From Massalongia carnosa (taxonomy: Eukaryota), in assembly GCA_965645245.1 (NCBI GenBank), contig OZ287086.1, positions 434,001 to 498,000 on the forward strand: a DNA stretch of 64,000 bases, written 5' to 3'. This document shows, piece after piece, positions 12,915-23,107 of this stretch. Within the stretch, counting starts at the first letter, position 1, and each line of letters starts with the position of its first letter. Below the pieces are notes generated by a model. It was not told where the DNA came from. It saw only the letters and a list, made by a program, of their open reading frames with translations, and ran no database searches. Both the position numbers and the translations under genes were made by a program.

Positions 12915-14636
12915 ATGCCTTCCAACCCGCAAACAACGATTGCCCCTTCCACTGTCCCCACAGGGGTCACCAATAGGGTCTCACCAAATACACAGAAACC
13001 ATCTTCACCTACTGATCAGGTCCTTGCCTCGGGATCCTTTCGCAGACTCGTCAGTGCGGTTAAAGAGTGTGTAAAATATGAAGCAATCTACAATGATGTT
13101 GAAGGCACGCAGGACCGTCTCTCACACATGGAACTTGAAATATCAGCCAAGAATGCCGACACAGAGAAGCAGAAATGTGATTACGAACGCCTAATGGACA
13201 CTCACGAGACACGCTTGATAATGTGGACACGGCAGAAGGAGGCTCTGAATGCAGCGGAGGAAGAGTTGCAAGAAAAGTTGAAAGAGGAGAGGAAGAAAAC
13301 AAAGGAGACTAATGAGGAGGAAAAAAAGCTGAAGAGACTGTTGAGGCAGAAAGAAACAGAGTTGATCGATCTGGGGAGAGAACTGAAGAATGAGAAAAAG
13401 AAATCGTCAAATTTGAAGGAGGAACTGGAAACAACGCAAAGTGCATCGATCACGCTTAACGTAAAACTAACGAAATACGAGAAATCACTGCAGAAGTGGG
13501 AAACTTATGATGAACTGCTTCAGGAGGTGAACGTTGATGATTTGTGAGTTAGAGCTGCTGTGTTATATCGGGACAGGACTTTGACGAATGATATTATGAC
13601 GAGCTAGTTCTAGCGATATGCATAAACTTTGGGCACGGTTTCAAGACTTGGCTGAGAGAAACTTCTTCATGGACGTATCTTCCGGTCTTTTGACAGTACG
13701 TTCTTCCTTCACATCTTCCGGCGAAGCAACCGCCACAAACGCCTACTTAGACATCGCCATTTCTAGGATAACGCTAGATGGGACAATCTCACTCAGGCTC
13801 TCAAAGTATCCTCGGGTACCCTTCCTTTACCTCCCCGTAACTCCGTCGCAGCAAAACAGATACGTATGGCCGCTGCTTTAGCGGTCCTTGCCGATCGCAT
13901 TATTGCTTACATCTTCGCGCCTGTTTACATCCCAGCCGCGAATGAGGATATCAGACAGCTGCTCATGCTGCATGCTGATGAGGACAGTAGAAAAGAGGCG
14001 GTATGCCGCGCGCTCCTGCTCTCAGCGAGTACAGAGGATGAAAACCGGCAGGCGGCCGAGAAATTGGTACTGGACGTCGCCAACGATGTGAACAGGATTC
14101 TCAGCCCTTTGCTCGGCCCTAGTATGATCGAGCCTTTTGGCGCCGAACTGCACGCGCTGGTTCATGATGCGATGATACTTTGGTGGCGTGCACAGCGCAG
14201 TTCGATCAAGATCGAAGCCAGCATCGAGGACGTTGAGGGGTGGAAGTGGGATGATCTGAGTATATTTAAAAATACAGGCGAAAATACTGCGTTTGATAGC
14301 TTAGCTAGTGCAACAACGATAAGAAATTCTAGGATGATACCGCTGTTCCCGCGCGTCATGGTTGTGCACGAGGATGAACTCAGGCTGGTGTTCCCCGGAG
14401 TTGCGGTTTGGGACTGGCAGACCCTAGCAGCTGAGCAGGAGCTGAGGGAGTGTGTAGCGACAAGGCGGTCGAGGGCACTGCGAGGGTCAGGATCAAATGG
14501 GGGGGGTCTAAGGAGGGATAGAAGAATGTCGATTGCTGATGGTTATGGCAGTGCAGCAGTCCGCAGTCCAACGAACTCGATGATACCATCTTTTTTAGAC
14601 CAAGGCAAGTTAGGAGGGGGTCGTGGAGATGGATAA
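12915..14636 (+). CDS. Fungal coiled-coil protein (family often auto-annotated 'MEI5-like'); 3 exons
   Basis: Exon 1 encodes a long coiled coil. Introns start at 13544 (gtgagt) and 13696 (gtacgt..ttctag 13766). Exon 3 has LPLPPRNSVAAKQIRMAAALAVLA..YIFAPVY..EAVCRALLL..LWWRAQRS..LFPRV..VFPG. Confidence 0.7.
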
Positions 14637-14709
14637 AAGGATTATTGAGGAATCGGAAGTCTAGTGGTGAGATAATTGTTCGAGAGGTATGGTAGTGAGT
14701 GAGGAATAA
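14574..14709 (+). repeat. Left arm of an imperfect ~135-bp inverted repeat (pairs with 17231-17366)
   Basis: aactcgatgataccatcttttttagaccaaggcaagttaggagggggtcgtggagatg... matches the reverse complement of 17231-17366. Confidence 0.8.
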
Positions 14710-14885
14710 CACAATAGGACATTAAAGGTAGCAGACATGCGGTGGAATGAGTCATGCGGCTTTTAATCGTCGACCTACTTGAATCATGCTGTTGCCAAGA
14801 CCTTAACGTCATCATGCATTCTTTCGCTAGCATCCATAGAGTACTGTTTCAGCAACATCTTTTATCCATCTCTATTTCAATCGAC

Positions 14886-16955
14886 ATGGCCACTGGTCAA
14901 CGAAAACCGGACGCCCAGAAATCAGGGCAGCAAACTTTGAACCGTGAGATATTCCGTTATAGTTCGTCCATTTCGCTCTTACTCACCTCTGAACAGGAAA
15001 GCGCCCTCAAGGTATCACAAAGCATCGACCTCAAACCCTCATTCGCAAGAACGCACATCTAGAAGCAATACAGCATCTAGAGAAGCGAGCGGACTTCCAA
15101 GGCCAAACCATTCAGCAGCATCCGTTTCCCTCTCTGTCAACAAGCAATACTCATAGTTCGGTACATCCTTTATTCGTTTTAATGTTACCATTGAAAACTA
15201 ATCGTAAAAAATGTGTTCACAGGACTTACCGACTTGCGAGAAGTCAGGCCTAGCTCAAAGACTCTGTCAAAAGTGAAAGCGATCACAAGGAATTGAAGAT
15301 CTAGTCTCTCAAACTAAGGACCAGCCCATTGATCTAGAGAGAAAGACTTTCACAAGGAAGAACGAAGAACATCATCAGCTACCATCACCATCAACAAGCA
15401 ACCCACACCGGCAATCATCTGAAAGGAAAAGGAGAAGAACTGTTTCCTCAGAATCGCGCTCGGAGGAAATGAATAATCGCTATTCAAAAAGGCGCAAGGC
15501 CTTACGGCAAACATCACAACAATCAGATACGAATACATACACATACAGTCCCATTTTTGAGAAGCCTGATGAAGGGCCCGAAGCCTCAGAAAGCGAAGAG
15601 GAAGAGAAAGACGACTCTATCAGCTATTGGATCGCGAACCATACCTGGCCCGACAACTTTGCATAGGCCCGTGCAATGTCTTCTTCAAATAACATCAACA
15701 AACGACAGCGAACGTCGGATCGTTCTCAAAGCGGCAAGCATGGAAAATCCCGGAGCTATTCTCAGAGCCGTAAAGATGGAGATGCCCCGGAGCAATATAC
15801 CAAATCATACGAAAATTAAATTCTTACACAGGGTCTGGACATGGATTATTCCAAAGGCGAGAAACTTGTTTCTTCAGACAGCAAAGTGACTTGCAACAAT
15901 CTTCAAAAATTGACATGCATGGCCATCTCTCCTACTGTTTATTCCAAGGTCGAAACACTCGAGGTGGTCAAACTCTGTCGAAACCGAATGAAGCAATGGT
16001 AAACCGAGATGTTACGCCGTTGATTGTGCCGCCAATCAAATCACTCTATCTCAAGGACGGAGTAAATCAGTTCGAGCATTTTACCGATGAGGTTAACACG
16101 CAGTGGCATGAGAGTTGGGTTCTCGCAGGACCCCGGCCTAAACCTGACCTGGCCGTTGGCTTTCTCTCTTCTGCTTTGACGATAGCAGAAAATGAAAAAT
16201 TGACCAACTATACATCCTTTGAAAACTTAACGCGACCAACCGACGAGTTGTGTTTCCCGTTCTTGATGTGCGAGGTCAAGTGCGGCAACGAAGGGCTCGA
16301 CTGGGCTGACCGGCAGAATGTGCACAGCTGTAGTGTGGCGGTTAAGGCTCTTCTCAAGCTCGAGCAAAAAGCAGATCAGTACCGAGAAGACAAGCAATTC
16401 GAGAGCTTAGTTGGCAATATCCTTGTCTATTCCATCTCACACGATCAAAAAGATGCCCGCCTTTACGGGCATTATGCCTTGGTTGAAGGAGAAAAATGGA
16501 CATATTATCGCCACTGCATTGAGAAGCTCGATATTGGACGCAAGGAGAGGGATCTACTAGCCCTCCACAACTTTGCTCGTAATGTCCTAACGGTATACGC
16601 TCCAAAACTGTTGAAACGGCTTCAGAAAGCAATCGCAGCTCTCTCAGTCTCATCTACGCTATCATTCTCTGCAGGTACGATGAACTTGGAGGACGATTCG
16701 CAGCAAGGCTCTCAAAAATCCTCGCAGGGTCGAGATGCCGAAGGTTTCGCGACTCCCGTTCTTCCTGCTAGCATCCAAAAATTGTTCGACGAGCAAAAGG
16801 AGCAGATTGACAAGCTCCTTCAGCAAATAGAACGGCAAAGGGAGGAGAACAAGGAGAAGGAGATAGAGCAGCAGAGGAAGGAGAACAAGGAGAAGGATGA
16901 GCTGAGGGAGCAAATCAAGGGACTCATGGACATACTCAAAAAAATGAAGAGCTAG
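14886..16955 (+). pseudogene. Fungal PD-(D/E)XK-like nuclease-fold protein with C-terminal coiled coil (copy 1); disrupted
   Basis: PKPDLAVGF..CFPFLMCEVKCG..ADRQNVHS..VYSISHD..RLYGHYALVEGEKWTYYRH. In-frame stops at ~15664 and ~15817 and a frameshift at ~15982. Confidence 0.7.
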
Positions 16956-17230
16956 CTTTAGAATACTGCGTGCTCACCCGGCCCGGCAGAAAGTTATGTG
17001 GATAGTTGCGGGTAGCATTGAAATCGCCCTAAACCCACATTCCGGAGTAGGGGCGTTTGGCCGAAGAAGTGGAAACAACACTGAGGAAAAATGATTGATG
17101 GAGGTACTACTAAAATAATCATTGGGACGAAAGAGTTGTTTGACATCGTTTGCGTTGTTGATTTAAACATCCTCGCGTTCCACGTCCGCGGTCTGAACGC
17201 CGGGCTCATCGTTCGGAGACCTCCAGATCA

Positions 17231-17366
17231 ATATTCTTCACTAGCTATCAATCCTCCTAAACGATTATCCCACCGCTAGACTCCTGATTTCTAAATAATC
17301 CTTTTTTTCATCTCCACGAACCTCTCCTAAATTGCCTTGGTCTAAAAAAGATGGTATCGCCGAGTT
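17231..17366 (-). repeat. Right arm of the imperfect inverted repeat (pairs with 14574-14709)
   Basis: Minus strand reads aactcggcgataccatcttttttagaccaaggcaatttaggagaggttcgtggagatg... Confidence 0.8.
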
Positions 17367-17998
17367 GCACTGCCTGGTAGATAGAGATCTAAATAAATAG
17401 CTGGACATACCACCTGCTCCCGGCCTGCCCGCTCGCTTGCCCTATCTCTGCGTGTTAGCCATCTCACATGAAAAACTTTTCGAAGCCTCAAACTTTGACC
17501 ATCGTCTATTATCAAACGGCTCTTTCATCCTTCTAGCCACAGGCCATTAGCCGAGGTTGAGACGAACTGCGCCTAATCGGTTCGATGCCGGAGGGAGTGC
17601 TTCCATGTGGTTAGCTTTTCAGGTGAAGAGGATTGTAGGCACTACCTATCTATAGAACACAGGCTCAAGCTTTGACGCGACGAGGAAAGCGGCATATGGC
17701 ACAGGAAAACATTAAAACAAAAAATCCAGCAAGATTGGCCCCCTTAATGCAGAAAATTTAGACTTCGAAATTGAAGCTTCAATTTGAAACATTGTGAAAC
17801 ACTATCAAACATAATCGAAACGTTTTCTCGTGTATACTCTGCCATTTTTCTGCCTCCGGAACACGATCCGCTATTCTAACATTTTGTTTGACCCTAGTGC
17901 ATTGTGTAGAGACGGAGTCACGATTGACTTACATAACCTGTACAGCGCTAAGCCTCTTTGGACGCCATCCTTTTTAGGGAGCTCCTGATCCAATGATT

Positions 17999-18176
17999 CT
18001 GCAGTTCATAAAGAACGTAACAGACATTCCCGTCCCAAGAGTCCTCGAAGCCTATGAAGAAGATGGATCCTTCCCACTTATGGACCGAGTTAATTCACGG
18101 AGTACCAATGGCGGAGCTTCTGACATCTAATCAAGCTGTTGTGCTTGAAAGGCATCTTAAAACGTTGCATGATCTA
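17999..18176 (+). pseudogene. Fragment of an APH/choline-kinase-like phosphotransferase (N-lobe)
   Basis: LQFIKNVTDIPVPRVLEAYEEDGSF-(frameshift)-LWTELIHGVPMAEL. Confidence 0.6.
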
Positions 18177-20644
18177 GTAGAGCAGGAAATTTCCACTAGT
18201 CAGGGTTAAATCACTGACGCCTCACAGCTTCTTTGTTGATAGCATTTCCCCCTTGTATCGTCGTCTCCTCGACTCTGGACAAGTCGTTCTCACCTCCATT
18301 GAAGGCCTACTAGTGTCTTTAGTTTACTTCAGTGTATGGGTCCAGGCTATTTCGCGGCGTCTGCAGTCGGAAACGGTTCATGAGCGACGTGTATTGTTCT
18401 CACACGAGGATTGGGGCCGGCTTCGATAGCTGCCGGGCTTCTATCACGTCTATCTATAATTTTAGCTATTCTGGCGTGCCTTGAAAAGTGTTTGTGAATA
18501 TCACTCATAACAGTATGATTGAGGCGGTCCACTTTCGTGCGGAGCCTACTAGCAGCAGAATAGCTTCAGGTTACTGTTTCTAGTCTGTTAAATTTCTGCG
18601 AGGTGTGGAGTGGGGTCACTCTTGTGCCAATATTTCCTGCTTTAGTCTCTCCTATTGGCATTACTCTTGTGCGTCAGTCCAGTAAGTTTCTCTTATTCTT
18701 TCTCTCGTTCTAGAACACCTAACACTCACAAAGAACATTGCTAACATCATAGTCATGATTCTGATTCTGGGCAAGTGAACCAACTACCCACTTACTATTT
18801 ATTTTTGACAACGAAATTTACTTCGTAAGCTGATCTTAATCGTTTAGCTTGCTTGCTATGGCTGTGATCTCTCACAAAAAGTAGGGTGCGTACGCCATGC
18901 GATGAGAGTGCGCGCTTAATAAGGTGAGAGTTGACGCAGTGAGGTGAGAGTTCGCCCTTCATCTGCTGAATGAATGAGGACGTTTTCTGTGAAGTGTCCG
19001 GCGCAAGCGAGATCACAACGACTGTTTCCGAGTATAAATATGCGTGTTTACTCCCTCCGCCTTCCCTTTCATAAGCAATACCATCCCCATTTCTTGTATG
19101 ATTTTCTCACTCTTATATCCCTTTCCAAGTTCTTTTGGCTTCTTACTCTGTCCATTTATCTATAATTCAATCTTCTCGCACTCTATCTATGACTATGCCT
19201 TTTCCCGGGGGTTGCACACATCTTTCCAAAAGCTGCGGCCAGACTCCTCTTTTGTGAAAGTATCATGTCTACGTTATAGCGACTCAATAATTTGCAAGTA
19301 ATAGTACCCGCGGCCTCTTATTATTTCATTTTCTTATTTCTCATCTTGTATTTTATATATACTTGAAAAACAAATTTAAGCTAGTGCCTCGTATGGGGAT
19401 ATGATATCTCATGGAAAAAAGTCAGAAAAATATACAGCTTTTATATTATAACTCTCGCGATGATTTTTGAACGGAAGCATTTGTCAATCTAGCACTTACA
19501 TCGCCTCCACACATTGAAAGCTCCTTCTATCGTGAGCCTGCGATAAGGCAAATCGATAGAGAAGTCATTGAAGTGACCTTTTATTCTTAATAGATATCAC
19601 AGAATTTTTGGGTTAGGTTGAGCTACGACTTGCAAATCTAGTCTGAATTTGTTCAAAACCTCCCGACGTTACCAGATAATGCAGATCCTTTCGAGATTGA
19701 GAGAAGGATTTGAAACAGTAAGTGGAACAACTTCCATCACAACCTCAGCTTTAGTGGATGCTACTAACAGAAGAGAAAACATCAGTCAACTCCTTTGAAA
19801 TTAGTAACGGCTCGTCAGTGGTATTTTCAAGCGGGAGCAAGTGTCAATCTAGCAACTACCTCGCCAGGGCGGATTGAGACGAAGACTTAGCAGTTCCACG
19901 CGAAAGGGATTATATCATACGGATCGTGTTAGGCATGTTGATGTATATTCGGAGAACAAACGGACCCGATTCGATACAAAGGTTTGGCAACTTCGCGAAT
20001 CTCACTCCCCGTGACGAGTTTAGAGAAGGCAGTCGTGTACACATCCTTTTACAATGAGCGGAGTGCGGCATGCCGATGCAGACAGCTAGGTGTCCATAGT
20101 GTGGGGCTACTATAGGTGGGATGAATCAGCAGGCTGTGGCGGGGGGTGACGCGGGCAATAGAAGGATTTGCATTGCCTAGGCTCTGGATCTAGTTTTGCC
20201 TCTCAGAGAGCCAGCTCTGGCCCCCTTCCATCTTGTTGGGGTTCGTCGTCTAAAGTCGAGTCGGCAGGATGCACTAAGAGTGACGAGTATAGGCACTTCA
20301 GAGAGCAGGAGGGTGTAGTGCCTGAGTAGTAGGAGAGCAAAGATGAGTGAAGATGAGTCGGGTGAAGGGAGGGTGCGCAGTGCCGAGTGAGCGGGTGACA
20401 ATATTCTCGTGGGCCACTCTAACGGATCAAATTCTCTATTTCCATTATCGGCGAAGTGATTCAAATTCCTCCTCCCCCTTCCCTCGCTTCTCCGCTTCCC
20501 GCTCTCCCCGTTAAGGATAACGCGGAGTTAATGCCTGCCTTTGCGCCTGTGCATAGGCTTTCTCTCAGAGAGGACACTGTCACGGTAAAAACTCTTTCGG
20601 CCTTTTAAAAAACTCTAAATATGGAATAGGTTGAGCGAAATCTC

Positions 20645-20775
20645 TTGTATCATTACGTTTCCGAGTTTGAAACGCATTGGACAAAAAGTGAAGGCGACAC
20701 AAATCACGATGCGACGATCAAGCATCTCAATCTGTTAGTAGTGTACATTCATTCAGCCTACGCATCGGCTACCTC
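20645..20775 (+). pseudogene. Fragment resembling the N-terminal region of a fungal AAA+ ATPase
   Basis: LYHYVSEFE..TIKHLNLLVVYIHSAYASATS; no Walker motifs remain. Confidence 0.4.
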
Positions 20776-21395
20776 CGTACCCCTACCTTCTCCACCAAAA
20801 CAGCCCCTGCCAAAGCACTCCCAGATGCACCCCCAGCTCTGGTTAAGACAGAAAAGTAACAATCATGCTTAGCACTTGCCCAGCGGAATCAGAATTTTAG
20901 TTCCGATGGACTGAGATGGAAAAGGCAAGAATCTCCCGGCTCAACTCTTTCTCGCGCTTCACAAGATTGTTGTATTGCTTTTAAACGTAGGCTTTTGCCA
21001 ACGGCTTGTCGTTTCTTGATGCTTTGAGGCTTCCCTAAAGACTGTCAGCGCAAACACTCAATGAAATCGGAGTATTAACCTTGATCCTTTACTATTGGAA
21101 ATTGCCTACTATTATTCTTGCTGATTGATTGTTGACCACGGGACACGTCGATAGGAACGAGAGGGCAGGTCCTTATGTAGCCGCTGGTGTGAAACAACAA
21201 AAGATAAGAAGTTGTTGTAGCCAACGGCGCAAAAAGTCTTGGCAAGATGCACTGCTTTGAATAGCGTCACAGCTAAATGAGCCATAACTCACTCTTTAGC
21301 CGAAGATGAAACAAGAACGAGTACGTTAACGCCGCTTTTGCCAAGCCACAAAATGTGGGGTAAACCTCTACATTTGATCGTGACAATGCGAGGAC

Positions 21396-21734
21396 TTGAT
21401 CAAAGCAAACTATATCCCCATCAGAATGTGGGGTGGTAGTGTTACTAGAGAACATTTGCTACAGAAGATCAGTCTTCTCGCCATGCTGGAGTCCGTCCGG
21501 GATGGTCCCAAGCAGCATATTTTAGTCTCGCCATCAGGTTGGAGATCTAGCCTGACCATCGAGCAAGAGCGAGAGATCATTAGCAACTTGGCATTCCTCT
21601 CCTCTCGCTCTAAGAACTCTAAGAGGGTGATCGCAATAGGCATCGAAGAGGGTCACGATGGTCAAGGAATGGTCATTCGCATGGCTGTTAACGGCGGTGA
21701 TAAGGATATATCGCACATCAAGGATATTGAATAA
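21396..21734 (+). pseudogene. N-terminal fragment of a fungal OTT_1508-like deaminase family gene
   Basis: LTIEQEREIISNLAFLSSRSKNSKRVIAIGIEEGHDGQGMVIRMAVNGG resembles the conserved N-terminal block. Truncated before any HAE/CxxC motif; a G-run follows at ~21739-21750. Confidence 0.55.
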
Positions 21735-21889
21735 TTGAGGGGGGGGGGGGATTCCGCACCGACTATCCCAGCTATTCTATCTTTTTGGGCAAGCATTGCA
21801 CGCTGTGCCGCCACCAACTCGGTAAGCATTATCTAGTCATGCTCTTTTTCGGAGGAAGGGGGAAAGAATATTGCAAAAGCCTAAAAATA

Positions 21890-22140
21890 CCTTATGTCTG
21901 AAAGTGATTGCAGGCTACTTAATTTTACGAATGCCTCTCGGATGCCTCTTTCATAAGACTCATAGCTTCTAGCCAGTAAAGGAAGTACTTTTATATAAAA
22001 GCGTGAACTAGATCTCCGTCACGGATACAGCCTCTACTCTGCTCTAAGTGGTGTATCCAATAACGGCAAGTATATCGGACTTCTAGCGATAAAGCGTTGC
22101 CTATTATCTGATTATTGATCTCGCTTCTTAGAACTTGTAC
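21890..22140 (-). pseudogene. Remnant of a HET-E-like NACHT-WD40 NLR (post-NACHT helical region)
   Basis: Not in the ORF track. Minus strand reads LSLEVRYTCRYWIHHLEQSRGCIRDGDLVHAFI*KYFLYWLEAMSLM. Confidence 0.7.
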
Positions 22141-22806
22141 TCAAGTGAACGAGTTTAAATAACTTTCACTTCTGCAGAATTTGTGATCCTGCATATTAGC
22201 GCCAACCAAGACTCTGCCTTTAGATTCAGTATTAGGCAACAGCTTTACGGTGCATTTGACAAGGATATACAGTTATAAAGTAACTGGATTCTCACAATCT
22301 CTTGTTGATTTCACTTCACTTCATCCAGCAATTCCTTCAATGATAACTGCTTCTCTCAGCATTATTGTTTACAAAGGAAGTCCCCATCGATGCCTCTAAA
22401 TAGAGACACATTGCTCTTTTCCTCGAATTCCCCGATACCACCACACTGCTGTTGCATGGCACCGGGGCAAGCGGCTTCTTCCAAGCTGAAGTCAAGTCAG
22501 ACGAAGACCCATCGAAGAGCAAAAAACTCGTTCAGAAGATAACTGGTAGGAGAAATCCAAAAACAAGAAAAGGTAGCCATTGAATCGACAATCAAATCAA
22601 CCCCAGTCAGTAACTCAGCCCGCTACTGGAATTGCCAAAATTGGATTGGTGATGCACATTCCAAAGCAATCGATGCTATGGCCGAAGTTATCGTCGATGC
22701 GCCGGACGACTCGTAATGATTTTATACGGAGTACGTATTCAATTCTAAGACACCTGACTCTTGTTGATAAGGAAATAGACCTTCAGGCATCTCATCACTA
22801 GCTTCT

Positions 22807-23107
22807 TTAAAAAACGAACAGAGCATAAAATTGATCGTTGATCAACTGATCGTGATAAGTGATTGGGAAAATGGTTGGGCCAAAGTTATGCCATTCTGGT
22901 TCGTGGCATGAAGCAGCACAGAATTTGACATATTCCCAATATTCCGGGTACCATCCAGCATATTCCCAGTCCAGAAGAGCCACAATGATCCCATTTTTCA
23001 CAATAATGTTGTGCAAGCTTAAATCCCCATGACTGAAAACAAGTTCATGATCTCTCTTCATTTTTTGCTGTATCGCCGTAAGATATAATGACGGAGTGGA
23101 GGAGATC
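22807..23107 (-). pseudogene. C-lobe of an APH-like phosphotransferase, 5' part removed at the LINE tail
   Basis: VFSHGDLSLHNIIVKNGIIVALLDWEYAGWYPEYWEY. The first residues of ORF 22807-23166 derive from the LINE 3' tail. Confidence 0.75.

Noticed and set aside
12915..14636. Assigning the symbol MEI5
   Set aside because: The label is a propagated annotation for a coiled-coil family; nothing here shows orthology to the meiotic Mei5.
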